In this document: positions 1-9,480 of the stretch, one piece after another
Position numbering within the stretch: position 1 is the stretch's first letter
How the letters are laid out: the number at the start of each line of letters is the position of its first letter
NCBI GenBank assembly: GCA_964401865.1
Contig: CAYNZZ010000006.1
Span: 41,870-73,869, forward strand
DNA: 32,000 bases
Origin: an uncultured Erysipelotrichaceae bacterium
GTDB lineage: Bacteria; Bacillota_I; Bacilli_A; Erysipelotrichales; Erysipelotrichaceae
Direction of reading: 5' to 3'
Program-made: the position numbers and the translations under genes
Notes under the pieces: generated by a model
Seen by the model: the letters and a program-made list of their open reading frames with translations, nothing else
Database searches by the model: none
Told to the model about the DNA's origin: nothing

Positions 1-314
1 TATTTGGTCCCTTGTCCGTAATCAACCAATTTATAATCACCATAAGGTTTTAAAGTATAATCATAAATTCTATCATCTTTAACGCCTTTGCATAATGATT
101 CAGCCACTTTTCCGCCATTATCTGTTCCATTTGGATAAAAAACCAAACAATGAGCATTCTGATATTTTGCCGAATTCTCATGAATGCTTTTTTTGCCAAT
201 GAATTTAAAATTAAAACTCGTGAATAAAAAAAGCAGTAATCCAATAATACAAATAATTATAATTAAAAGTACAATAAGTGCACTCTTACGAACTTTCCTT
301 ACTTTTTTAGCCAT
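1..314 (-). CDS. membrane-anchored hypothetical protein, N-terminal part (gene runs off the left edge)
   Basis: Absent from the ORF track because it has no stop in the window. My translation from ATG 314..312 reads MAKKVRKVRKSALIVLLIIIICIIGLLLFLFTSFNFKFIGKK... and stays open to base 1. It has a basic N-terminus and one hydrophobic helix. A GGTGA-like RBS lies about 5 nt upstream. The listed ORF 50..244 is in another frame. Confidence 0.5.
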   Translation of the reverse strand, partial: MAKKVRKVRKSALIVLLIIIICIIGLLLFLFTSFNFKFIGKKSIHENSAKYQNAHCLVFYPNGTDNGGKVAESLCKGVKDDRIYDYTLKPYGDYKLVDYGQGTK

Positions 315-369
315 TATATATCACCACAATTAACATTATACTATTTATTTAATAATAATGTAATCCAAG

Positions 370-378
370 TGGTATAAT
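370..378 (+). promoter_or_regulatory. putative extended -10 promoter element (TGgTATAAT) for the 402..1436 gene
   Basis: TGgTATAAT lies 24 nt upstream of the ATG and ahead of the AGAGGTGA RBS. The -35 region is weak. Confidence 0.3.
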
Positions 379-401
379 CATAAATTATAAGAGGTGAATT
401 T

Positions 402-1436
402 ATGCATTATTTTGTCAATGATTACAGCGAAGGCGCACATAGTACTATTCTAGAAGCTCTTTCAAATAGTAACTACGATTTCTGTGATGGTTATGGAAAT
501 GATATATACTCAAAAAGAGCTGGTGAAAAAATAAAGAAAATAATTGAAAATCCAAATGTCGATATTCATTATGTATCAGGCGGTACTCAAGCTAACCGCC
601 TATGTCTAGATGCTTTCTTAAAAGGTTATGAAGCCATTATTGCAGTTGATAGCGCCCATATTAATGTCCACGAAGCAGGAGCTATCGAAGCGACCGGACA
701 CAAAATTATTCAAGTTCGTGGCAAAGATGGGAAAATTAGCAAAGAAGAAATATTAAGAGTTTTAAGTATCCATCAGGATGAACATATGGTTAAACCAAAA
801 TTGGTATTTATCACCGATGCAACAGAAGTAGGAACAGTATATACCAAACAAGAATTAGTAGAAATATCTAATGTCTGCCACCAAAACAATCTATACCTTT
901 ATCTAGATGGCGCAAGATTATCTAATGCTCTTTGTGTGAAGGATACCGATTTAAATTTAAAAGATATTGCTAAACTGTGTGATGCCTTCTATTTGGGCGG
1001 AACTAAAAATGGTGCTTTGCTTGGAGAAGCAATTGTTATCACAAACGATGAACTAAAAAAAGACTTCCGCTACATCATGAAACAAAATGGTGCTATGTTA
1101 GCGAAAGGAAGATTAATCGGTATTCAATTCGATACTCTTTTAAATGATGGATTATATTTAGAATTAGCTAATCATGCCAACACTATGGCTCAAATGATAC
1201 AAGACGCAATAATTGATTTAAATATTCCATTATATGTCAAATCAGCAACTAATCAAATATTCCCGATATTAACAAATGATGTAGTTGAGGAATTGAGTAA
1301 AGATTTTGCTTTCTCTAATTGGGAAAAGATCGATCAATACCACACAATAGTAAGGTTTGTTTGCTCATGGGCAACAAAAAAAGAGGATATCTTAGCGCTG
1401 ATTGATAAACTAAAGACAATTTATGCGAATAAATAA
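402..1436 (+). CDS. threonine aldolase / beta-eliminating lyase family PLP-dependent enzyme
   Basis: 344-aa ORF with an AGAGGTGA RBS. FVNDYSEGAH, SGGTQAN and YLGGTKNGALLGEA (PLP-lysine region) match my recollection of low-specificity threonine aldolases. Confidence 0.75.
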   Translation: MHYFVNDYSEGAHSTILEALSNSNYDFCDGYGNDIYSKRAGEKIKKIIENPNVDIHYVSGGTQANRLCLDAFLKGYEAIIAVDSAHINVHEAGAIEATGHKIIQVRGKDGKISKEEILRVLSIHQDEHMVKPKLVFITDATEVGTVYTKQELVEISNVCHQNNLYLYLDGARLSNALCVKDTDLNLKDIAKLCDAFYLGGTKNGALLGEAIVITNDELKKDFRYIMKQNGAMLAKGRLIGIQFDTLLNDGLYLELANHANTMAQMIQDAIIDLNIPLYVKSATNQIFPILTNDVVEELSKDFAFSNWEKIDQYHTIVRFVCSWATKKEDILALIDKLKTIYANK

Positions 1437-2130
1437 ATTTATAGCTTCAACCGGTATATGTTCTAGAAGAAAAGCTGAAGAATATATCAATGGCAAAAGA
1501 GTTAAGATCAATGGCGAAATAGCATATCTTCACTCAACTGTCGATGAAACAAAAGACATCGTCACTTTGGATGATAAAGCAATAGAATTAAAAGAAGATA
1601 AGATTTATATATTATTTAACAAGCCAGTCGGGATAATTTGTACAACCGAAAGGCACATTAAGCATAATATTATCGACTATATAAACTACCCAATTAGAAT
1701 ATTTCCTATTGGCAGACTAGATCAAGACAGCCATGGATTAATTGTGCTCACTAATGATGGTGATATAGTAAATAAAGCTCTTCGTTCTGAAAACAATCAT
1801 TCCAAAGAATATGTAGTTACTGTCAATAAAGATATTGATGATAACTTTATTCAAAAGATGCAAAACGGCGTAACTATATATAATCCAGTCCATGATACAA
1901 TGGTAAAAACCAAAAGATGTGAATTGATGAAAATTACTAACCGTAAATTTAAAATCATTTTGACGCAAGGGTATAATCGTCAAATTAGAAGAATGTGCAA
2001 AGCCTTAGGCTATGATGTCATCGATTTATGTCGCACACGTTTTTTAACTTTAAAAGATTCTAAATTAAAGACAGGAAAATGGCGTTTAATAAGTGGTGAA
2101 GAATTAAATATTTTTCTAGACTCTCTATAA
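1423..2130 (+). CDS. rluF: 23S rRNA pseudouridine synthase, RluF/RsuA family (S4 domain + PseudoU synthase)
   Basis: N-terminal S4 motif MRINKFIASTGICSRRKAEEYI. Catalytic motif FPIGRLDQDSHGLIVLTNDG, followed by KEYVVTVNK as in RluF. Overlaps the upstream gene by 14 nt. Confidence 0.85.
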   Translation: MRINKFIASTGICSRRKAEEYINGKRVKINGEIAYLHSTVDETKDIVTLDDKAIELKEDKIYILFNKPVGIICTTERHIKHNIIDYINYPIRIFPIGRLDQDSHGLIVLTNDGDIVNKALRSENNHSKEYVVTVNKDIDDNFIQKMQNGVTIYNPVHDTMVKTKRCELMKITNRKFKIILTQGYNRQIRRMCKALGYDVIDLCRTRFLTLKDSKLKTGKWRLISGEELNIFLDSL

Positions 2131-2136
2131 GTACAT

Positions 2137-2163
2137 AAAAAGGCAATTTTATCTTGCCTTTTT
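2137..2163. terminator. bidirectional Rho-independent terminator between convergent rluF and sortase genes
   Basis: Stem aaggcaa (2140-2146) pairs with ttgcctt (2154-2160) around a 7-nt loop. An A-run precedes it and a T-run follows. Confidence 0.7.
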
Positions 2164-2167
2164 ATGT

Positions 2168-2932
2168 TTATTTTATTCTTCTAGCCACGACTACAAAACG
2201 ACCATTTTCCTTATGATAACTACATGTAGAAAGAGTTAGTATCTGGTCGCCATATTCAGCAGTAATGCCTGTATCGTATAATGAAGAACTAAGTGCTGCA
2301 GCAATATAATAATCAAAAGTATCAGGATCACTCAAATCAGGATAATTATAATATCTGAAATATCCCACATCATAGGAAGTATATACTTCGCTATAAAACA
2401 CGGACATTATTTCATATTCTCCCTTTTGTTCTAAGGTATCATATTTAATAGTCGGATGATTTTTAAAATAATTATAACTATCATAGTTTAATAGATAGCC
2501 AAACATCGAACCGTCCGCTTTAACATTATGACCATATATTATTACATGATTACCATTTGGTGTACAACCATCAGATATGAATAAACTACCACTGAAAGCA
2601 TATTTTTTATCAAAACCTCTTCGCATATAATATTCCGGATTATTTGGAGTATACATTACCGGGTAGTCTAAACCAGTTCCTTCAATACTAATCCATCCTG
2701 CCATATCCTCATTTTGTTTGTGAAGTTCTTCATATACCATATCAAGAGCTAAATCAGCAGCAAAGGGCGCATCATCTCTAACATTTTTAACTAAATCGGC
2801 AATTTGGTCATTTGCTCGATGTTCTTTAATTGTAAAATAATAGTCTTTCATTACGAAGAAAGCGAAAATTAAAAACAATGACAAAAATACAATCATTAAA
2901 ATTTTTAATTTGATATCTCGTTTTGTTTTCAT
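2168..2932 (-). CDS. srtB: class B sortase
   Basis: Catalytic-Cys motif LTLSTCSY, His motif IIYGHN, and class-B-like GWISIEGTGLDYPVMY and SGSLFISD, plus an N-terminal TM anchor. I moved the start to ATG 2932 (MKTKRDIK, GGTGG RBS) because the track extension to 2992 runs into the terminator hairpin. Confidence 0.85.
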   Translation of the reverse strand: MKTKRDIKLKILMIVFLSLFLIFAFFVMKDYYFTIKEHRANDQIADLVKNVRDDAPFAADLALDMVYEELHKQNEDMAGWISIEGTGLDYPVMYTPNNPEYYMRRGFDKKYAFSGSLFISDGCTPNGNHVIIYGHNVKADGSMFGYLLNYDSYNYFKNHPTIKYDTLEQKGEYEIMSVFYSEVYTSYDVGYFRYYNYPDLSDPDTFDYYIAAALSSSLYDTGITAEYGDQILTLSTCSYHKENGRFVVVARRIK

Positions 2933-2960
2933 ATTAAACAACCACCAATCTAAATATTTA

Positions 2961-3000
2961 AGAAAAAACTGTAAGTACAGAATTTTCCACACTTACAGTT
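2961..3000 (-). terminator. Rho-independent terminator after the adhesin gene
   Basis: Perfect 10-bp stem aactgtaagt (2967-2976) / acttacagtt (2991-3000), followed on the minus strand by TTTTCT. Confidence 0.7.
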
Positions 3001-3008
3001 TTTATTTA

Positions 3009-6000
3009 TTACTGTACTTTATAATTTCTACGTTTTTTTACTACAAAGTATGCAGTTAGAGAAGTAATCATTCCGAGCATCATCCAAGGTGTCATTGAAT
3101 CATCACCAGTATTCGGAGAATAATCACTCACCGGATCACCTGTAGATGGTGTATTTGGTTTGATATATACGGTATCATATCCAGGGTTTGCTTCGCCGTT
3201 TGGATAGATATTCTTATCAGGTTTCCATCTATCATCAACACCATTGCCGTCTTCGTCAACAGGCTTGCTTCTGTCACTGCTGACAGGTCCTCTGCCATCA
3301 CCCTTATCGATATTAGTATCAGGCTTCCAAATACCATCGGCATTACCACCTTCGTTACTAGGTTTCCAAATACCAGTATTATCAGTATCGATATTAATAT
3401 CAGGATATCCATCGCCATCAATATCAATATTTACATCAGGGAATCCATCGCCATCAGTATCGATGTTCAAATCAGGCTTTCCATCGTAGATGTAATTTGG
3501 ATTATCTGGGTCAGGACTATCAGGGTCTGGATATGGAATATCGATATTTGTTTTAAATACATCACCAATAACAACTACAATACTGTGATTAGCTTGCACA
3601 TCTTTGAATGTGAATGTACTCTTTCCTACCAAATCAGGTCTTGATACACCATCAATAATTACATCCTTAACTTTATAATCATGTCCAGCTTCCGGAGTTA
3701 CTTTCCAATCGACCTTATAATCATTGCCAGCCATTACCGAACCACCAGAAGTAATTGTACCTGTAGCCCCTTTAATAGCAGTTGAGATTGTGTATGGATC
3801 TTCATGGAATTCTTTATCAACAGGAACATCTTTATCATTTGTAACTTCTTTTTGAACATAGATCACTACATTCTTATCAGAGTCGATGTTATCCAATGGT
3901 AATTCACTTCCGATAAACGTAACAGGATTACCATCAATTTCCACTTTAACAATCTTGTAGTTTGAAGGTATTCCATTCCATTTAATTGTAGTGCTTTCAC
4001 CGTCTTCAAAAATTCCGTTGCCTTCAACATTACTTGGAACTTTTACAGAATCATCTTTAATATCCTTAATTGTCGCTGTAACATTCCACAATTCTTTGTC
4101 ATTAATATCAATAATTACCGGAATTTCTGGGCCAGTTGGATTATCTGGATCTGGAGTTGTAATTGGATTTCCGGTTTCAGGATCGACTGCTTGCTTTGCA
4201 AAATATGCAGTTATTTCATGGTCGTTAGAAATGTTTGTAATGGCCATTGTAAATCCAGATGTATCAGCAGTACCTAGTGAAACTTCAGGTGTTTCTTCAG
4301 CAACTATTCTAAATGCGCCAAATAGATTATTGAACAAACTAGATTCTGATGTTTCCTCATTTAGTTCTTCAGTACTTTCAGAAACTTGAGGCTCACTTAT
4401 TTCTGGAGTCTCGATTATTTCTATATCATTTGAAACTTCATTATTTGTATCAGATTCTTCACTATTCTCAGGACTAGATACATTATTATTTTCTGTTTCA
4501 TCTGTTGGCTCTGGAGTTGGCTCGACCGGTACCTGAACTTGCAATTTATCTGCACCACTTACTTCAACTTCTTCACCATCGACTACTAATTTAACTAAAT
4601 AGCTTCCAGCATTCGGTTGAGCTTTAATATCTATATAACTTTGTCCTTTATATAAAGTCTTAGATACTGAAATTGAGCCATCACCATATTTTTGAGTTGC
4701 TACATCATATAATACTGGTTTTACTTCAACGACTACTCGTGTATCTTCGTTAACTTTACCTAAATCAACTTTATTATCTTCGCTGATTTCAACTTCTTTG
4801 CCATTTACGGTTACGCTCGTAATCTCGTAGTATTTGTAATCGTCAGAATCAGGATCTACCCAAGTAGGAAGTTCCCATTCAACATCGTATTCACTGCCTT
4901 TTTCAATGATTGCGCCGCCAGTAATAGTTCCAGGACCACCGACAACCTGTGTATCTACTTTAACAGATTCTTCATTGAATATAGGTTCTTTAATATCTTC
5001 GCCCTCTTTAGGTTTTTCAGCATAGTAAATATCAACTACATGATTACCATGCATATTTTTAAGTAGATTGAAACCCTTAGTTGCACCATCGACATCTTTA
5101 CTTCTTAAAGTAATTTCTTTACCATCAACTAGAACTTTATATACTTGATAATTATCGTTTTCAACATCCCATAGAACTTCATAATTATCACCTTTATTAA
5201 CAACCTTAGAAGGTGATACTACTAAGCTACCATCACCACCATATTTATTAACAGTGACTGTGTAATAACCATCTGTATGGTCACCACCAATAGTTGGTAA
5301 TTTTTCAACCTTGACAACAATTACGTGATTAGAAGCTATTGAATTAAAATCCATTGAAGTTTCACTGATATTTGGATAATCAATGCCATCAACAGTAATT
5401 GATGTAACTCTATATCCACTAGATACAGTCCAATTAACCGTTACGTTTTCACCAGCATTAACTCTTGTAGTAGGAGTTATTGAACATGTACCATCTGTGC
5501 ATCCTTCAAAATAAGTTTCGACAGAATATTGTTTAGGAGTATCATCAGGATTTGTTGGTTCGCTTGGTGTGCTACCAATTCCAAATTCAACATAAACTGT
5601 ATGATTACCACTGATATTTGTAAATTCTATTCCACCCTCATTGATTAAATCATCACGAACCGTACCATCGACTAATACTCTAGTTACATGATAGCCAGTA
5701 GCTGGTGTCCATGATGCAACCGGATTTGTGCCTTCCTTGACATTTTCTAAGCTATTACCGGTTCCGTTACCTTTGGTAATAACACGAACATTCAGATAAC
5801 GGTCGTAATAAAGTTTCAAGGCTAATGCAGGGCTTCCAGTAATTTCGCCACTTAATACATTGCTAGTGTTCGCTTCATTAAACCAATATTTAGTGCCATC
5901 AATTTCTAATTCTGGCAATTTGTTTTCATTTGGCAATGTAACATTTGCCCCAGTAGTACCAGTATGAGTAGCACCCATATCACTTACTTTTCTATAAATG

Positions 6001-9000
6001 AATGAACCGGTTGGGGTCTTTTCACCCGTATTATACCAATACTCAATTGTGTACTTAGTATCATTTCTTGGAGTCCAAATAGCACGGAAACCATGATCGT
6101 TGTTATTAGTAATGTTAGTACCAACTGCAGGATACTTAGAACTTGTAATATTATTACCGTCAAGTAAACGCCATTCTACAAAATCATAACCAGGTTTTGT
6201 TGGTGTTGGTGCTTCAGGATATACATTATTTGCTGTCTTATTGAACGCAATGTCCTTTATAGTATTTCCACCATCGGTATCAAAACTAATAACAAATCTA
6301 GCTGGGTCTTCTGCCCATATTGCATAGACTGTCATATCACTAGCTGGCATTTTTACATCTTTTGCAGTTCCGCTAACTGGTTTAAACATACCAGATGCAT
6401 CTCTAGTTGTTGACCAACCTTTGAAAATATATCCTGGTTTTGTCGGAATACCTCTACCAGTTACCGGAATGGCTTGAACGCCAGTATCATCACTGATATC
6501 AGTCGCAATTATACTCTGCTGATATTCTACATTTTCAAAAGATCTAACATTACCTAATGAACCACCATTGGCATCAAAGCGTAATGTATATTTAGAAATA
6601 TCATATTGAGCAATTAAATAATAGTAATCGTCTGCAACAAAATTCTCTTGTTTACCTTGGTTAGCTGAAGCACTAGCTTTTTGATCGGATATTACTTCAA
6701 CATTAGCTGCATTGTTGATATACGAACTATTGTTTGCATTATTTGCATCATGTGATTTCAATAATTTCCAACCAGTAAATGTATATCCTTCTCTTTCAGG
6801 AACAACATCTTGATCTCCTACTTTTTGTAAGATAGAAGCACCAGCAGTGACGTAGAAAGTTTCTTCACCTTTTTCAATTGTTCCGCCATTAGCCTTATAA
6901 ACAAGAACTGCTTGGTCTTTAGAATAGTTTGGTCTGATTATAATTTCGTGATTATCATCAGGATCGGGAGTTGTACCAGGAGTAACAGGATCTTTATCTG
7001 GAGTTTCCCATCCGCTGAAATAATCGTCATCGTCATCACTAGGTGGTACATCCTCATCAGGAGGCAATACGATAATAGGTTTATCACCAATTACATAATA
7101 ATCATCAATCGGATTACCATCAGGGTCTTCAACTCTTACATGAGTAGGTTGGAATACTGCTTTATTACCAATATTTCCACATTCATCTTTTACCCATACT
7201 ACGATTGGATCAGTAGAAGTAATAGGAACATTTATTTCTTGCGTATGATTCAATTCCCCAAAGTATTCCCAATCAGTTTCTTCAGGAGTAAGTGTAGTGC
7301 TGTTTGTAATCCAATATGCTGCTACACCAGAACCACGATTATCGCTAACGAAAGTAATACCATCTTCGTCGATACCTTCACCTGTATCAGTGAATACGAC
7401 TTTAAACTTATTCTTTTCGCTATTTTCTGCTTCAATATATGGCTCTTTATTGTCAAGATAAGCAGTTAAATATGTTTGGAATGTCTTTGATTTTTCTCCA
7501 TCATCATCTTCAACAGTTAATTCAAATACATAAGTACCTGAAATACTATTTTTGGTAAAAGTGTAATTTGGAACTTTCTTAATATCGTCATATGTTCCAT
7601 TAAATATTTCGGTTCCATTAGGATCGTATAACTTACAATAATATTTTACAATTTTTGCTCCAGATGAAGCCGGCATTGATTTATCGACAATATTGACGCT
7701 AACAGTTTCATTTGTCTTTACTAAATGTTGTAGGTGTAAAGTCATCAATTGTTTTCCATCGGCTTTATTGACAACGTGGAAGTTTGCTAAAGGTATTTCA
7801 CTTACAATTTCTTGAGGAACAAAATGATTTTTCTCAAAGTAGTTCTTAGCAATGTATTCAGCCATCTGCGATGCATAATCATCTTGAGTAGCAATTATGC
7901 CATTAGAAGCACCTAAGCCTTGGCTGATTACTTTTCCATTTTCGTCTTTGACATTATCGCGAACAATTTGACCATCTTGAACATTTGAAATATAGAATAT
8001 TTCATCTTGTGTCATTTGGTTAATACCATCGTTAAAGTCCTTTGTTGTATCTTTAGGCACATTTGGATTGCCACTATCACCAACTAAATTAATGAAATAT
8101 TTCCATTCAGCACCTTGATAGTATTGAACATATTTAAGAGCATCAAATGCGCTTGCCTCATATGACATTTCTAGATCGGTATAAATAATGGCTGAGAAAG
8201 CATTACAACCATGTGAAGAATAACCAACCCAAGGTCCTAAACCATTTAATGTACCGCTACTAGCAAATTGTGGAATTGCAAAATTACGCAAGACATCAAC
8301 CGGATCACTCAAGTTTCCATTTGCATCGTATGCCTGCTGTTGGATAGTTAAACTATCTTTCTTTAATTCAACGGTTAAACGTACTTTCTTTTGTGTGCCT
8401 AAGCTAAAAGACTTAGCACTACCCGACATATCGGTGCCACCTGTAAATGTAGAAGTTGATGAATCTGCTACTACATTATTAACTTTTTTAATTACAACAT
8501 TACCAGTACCGTTTGCCGCACTGCTTGCATTAAAATATAACAAATAACCAGACACCATATCATCACTGGCAGTAGGAGTGCTTGAACCAGCAGTTATTCC
8601 AGCATTCATCCAAAAACCAAAAGCGGTTAATGTATGAGTATTAATAACTGAAGCATCAATATTAAAACTAAATGTTCTGGTTGTTGAGCTTGGTGCTGGA
8701 TAAATCATATAGTCAGAATATGCAGGTTTACCATAACCGGCAAAAGCCATATTACTTGCACCTGTATCACTTTGATAGATACCAATATGTCTATTAAATT
8801 GAATACAAGCTGTATTAATAAATTTATTAGTAACCTTATTGATATAATTCAAAATATTTGCATTGGCTGGAGCATCCATCGATGAGGTACCTGCATTACG
8901 ATATGGTTGCAGACCTCTTTGATCAGCAGGTACTAATGAATCATATCCTCCTGACTTGGTATGATAGTGGTCATATACATGCCATCCATCCATACTGGTT

Positions 9001-9266
9001 GTATCAATAGAAACAGCCGTACTTGTGATACGGAAAGTAGAAGGATCCATACCTTGATCCACTAATTTTTGTGTTAATTCTTTTTTGAAGTCTAGGAATG
9101 TTCCTGGATAATCAGATGGAACATTTACTGCAATATCGATCACTGGTGTTGGGTTGTTACCAACATCGACTGCGGCATAAACTTCTTTTGCGTTACTTTG
9201 AGCATAAGCGAAACATCCAATCAGCATCGAAAAAACTAATAGGATGTTTAAAATTTTGCGTTTCAC
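3009..9266 (-). CDS. giant cell-wall-anchored surface adhesin (2085 aa), multi-domain
   Basis: GTG start at 9266 with an AAGGAGGAGA RBS. Signal peptide MKRKILNILLVFSMLIGCFAYA. PKD-like segment (GTYVFELTVEDDDGEKS). Three Listeria-Bacteroides (Flg_new) repeats (GYTFTGWKLL, GYIFKGWSTT, GYDFVEWRLL). At least 7 copies of an ~80-aa beta-sandwich module. Asp-rich TSP3-like repeats. C-terminal SPNTG + hydrophobic helix + KKRRNYKVQ. Confidence 0.9.
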   Translation of the reverse strand: MKRKILNILLVFSMLIGCFAYAQSNAKEVYAAVDVGNNPTPVIDIAVNVPSDYPGTFLDFKKELTQKLVDQGMDPSTFRITSTAVSIDTTSMDGWHVYDHYHTKSGGYDSLVPADQRGLQPYRNAGTSSMDAPANANILNYINKVTNKFINTACIQFNRHIGIYQSDTGASNMAFAGYGKPAYSDYMIYPAPSSTTRTFSFNIDASVINTHTLTAFGFWMNAGITAGSSTPTASDDMVSGYLLYFNASSAANGTGNVVIKKVNNVVADSSTSTFTGGTDMSGSAKSFSLGTQKKVRLTVELKKDSLTIQQQAYDANGNLSDPVDVLRNFAIPQFASSGTLNGLGPWVGYSSHGCNAFSAIIYTDLEMSYEASAFDALKYVQYYQGAEWKYFINLVGDSGNPNVPKDTTKDFNDGINQMTQDEIFYISNVQDGQIVRDNVKDENGKVISQGLGASNGIIATQDDYASQMAEYIAKNYFEKNHFVPQEIVSEIPLANFHVVNKADGKQLMTLHLQHLVKTNETVSVNIVDKSMPASSGAKIVKYYCKLYDPNGTEIFNGTYDDIKKVPNYTFTKNSISGTYVFELTVEDDDGEKSKTFQTYLTAYLDNKEPYIEAENSEKNKFKVVFTDTGEGIDEDGITFVSDNRGSGVAAYWITNSTTLTPEETDWEYFGELNHTQEINVPITSTDPIVVWVKDECGNIGNKAVFQPTHVRVEDPDGNPIDDYYVIGDKPIIVLPPDEDVPPSDDDDDYFSGWETPDKDPVTPGTTPDPDDNHEIIIRPNYSKDQAVLVYKANGGTIEKGEETFYVTAGASILQKVGDQDVVPEREGYTFTGWKLLKSHDANNANNSSYINNAANVEVISDQKASASANQGKQENFVADDYYYLIAQYDISKYTLRFDANGGSLGNVRSFENVEYQQSIIATDISDDTGVQAIPVTGRGIPTKPGYIFKGWSTTRDASGMFKPVSGTAKDVKMPASDMTVYAIWAEDPARFVISFDTDGGNTIKDIAFNKTANNVYPEAPTPTKPGYDFVEWRLLDGNNITSSKYPAVGTNITNNNDHGFRAIWTPRNDTKYTIEYWYNTGEKTPTGSFIYRKVSDMGATHTGTTGANVTLPNENKLPELEIDGTKYWFNEANTSNVLSGEITGSPALALKLYYDRYLNVRVITKGNGTGNSLENVKEGTNPVASWTPATGYHVTRVLVDGTVRDDLINEGGIEFTNISGNHTVYVEFGIGSTPSEPTNPDDTPKQYSVETYFEGCTDGTCSITPTTRVNAGENVTVNWTVSSGYRVTSITVDGIDYPNISETSMDFNSIASNHVIVVKVEKLPTIGGDHTDGYYTVTVNKYGGDGSLVVSPSKVVNKGDNYEVLWDVENDNYQVYKVLVDGKEITLRSKDVDGATKGFNLLKNMHGNHVVDIYYAEKPKEGEDIKEPIFNEESVKVDTQVVGGPGTITGGAIIEKGSEYDVEWELPTWVDPDSDDYKYYEITSVTVNGKEVEISEDNKVDLGKVNEDTRVVVEVKPVLYDVATQKYGDGSISVSKTLYKGQSYIDIKAQPNAGSYLVKLVVDGEEVEVSGADKLQVQVPVEPTPEPTDETENNNVSSPENSEESDTNNEVSNDIEIIETPEISEPQVSESTEELNEETSESSLFNNLFGAFRIVAEETPEVSLGTADTSGFTMAITNISNDHEITAYFAKQAVDPETGNPITTPDPDNPTGPEIPVIIDINDKELWNVTATIKDIKDDSVKVPSNVEGNGIFEDGESTTIKWNGIPSNYKIVKVEIDGNPVTFIGSELPLDNIDSDKNVVIYVQKEVTNDKDVPVDKEFHEDPYTISTAIKGATGTITSGGSVMAGNDYKVDWKVTPEAGHDYKVKDVIIDGVSRPDLVGKSTFTFKDVQANHSIVVVIGDVFKTNIDIPYPDPDSPDPDNPNYIYDGKPDLNIDTDGDGFPDVNIDIDGDGYPDINIDTDNTGIWKPSNEGGNADGIWKPDTNIDKGDGRGPVSSDRSKPVDEDGNGVDDRWKPDKNIYPNGEANPGYDTVYIKPNTPSTGDPVSDYSPNTGDDSMTPWMMLGMITSLTAYFVVKKRRNYKVQ
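3012..3119 (-). other. C-terminal cell-wall sorting signal (SPNTG, TM helix, basic tail)
   Basis: Codons tct ccg aat act ggt at 3119..3105 encode SPNTG. They are followed by DDSMTPWMMLGMITSLTAYFVV and KKRRNYKVQ. Confidence 0.8.
3216..3485 (-). repeat. Asp-rich thrombospondin-type-3-like calcium-binding repeats inside the adhesin
   Basis: NIDTDGDGFPDVNIDIDGDGYPDINIDTDNTG, then three WKP-containing repeats and DEDGNGVDD. The repetitiveness produces the shadow ORFs 3128..3427 and 3244..3489. Confidence 0.6.
3567..5795 (-). repeat. array of at least 7 divergent ~80-100-aa beta-sandwich modules (InlB B-repeat-like) in the adhesin
   Basis: Recurrent pattern Y-x-V-T...G-x-G-x-I/V...V-x-W-x-P-x-x-G-Y-x-V-x-x-V-x-V-D-G...N-H-x-V-x-V. 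By my count the modules start at aa 1158, 1247, 1334, 1434, 1519, 1726 and 1824. Confidence 0.6.
6069..6911 (-). repeat. three Listeria-Bacteroides (Flg_new-type) repeats in the adhesin
   Basis: The pattern F/Y-x-A/T-N/D-GG...P-x-x-x-GY-x-F-x-G/E-W occurs three times (aa ~786-1066). Confidence 0.65.
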
Positions 9267-9480
9267 TTAATCTCTCCTCCTTTTCTAAATAAAGAGAAAA
9301 ACAAAAAAAAATAATTCTCATTTATACGCAATTATTTTACCCCCTCCCCGGTCATTTTGTAAAGGCTTGCATTCCGTTTTTTAAACTTTTCCATATAAAA
9401 AGTGAACCTTATTAATTTGCTTGCCCAAACTTTAAGATTCACTTCAACCTGCATCACATTTTATCTATATTAATTTTTAT

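Noticed and set aside
50-244. 64-aa minus-strand ORF at the left edge
   Set aside because: It is in a different frame from the longer open frame that starts at ATG 314, which has an RBS and a plausible signal-anchor. The 64-aa translation looks random.
2933-2992. Upstream extensions of track ORFs: sortase to 2992, isomerase to 10719, lipoprotein to 28694, helicase TTG at 26489, XRE-1 to 26708
   Set aside because: Internal ATGs with properly spaced GGAG-type RBSs give canonical N-termini (TM anchor, lipobox, MDV start shared by both XREs). Several extensions overlap terminator hairpins or leave zero spacing to the RBS.
3128-7469. ORF-track entries 3128..3427(-), 3244..3489(+), 3991..4389(+) and 6912..7469(+) inside the adhesin gene
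   Set aside because: They are out-of-frame or antisense shadows of the 6.2-kb adhesin ORF. Their translations are low-complexity (Ser/Leu/Pro/Ile runs) and they have no RBS.
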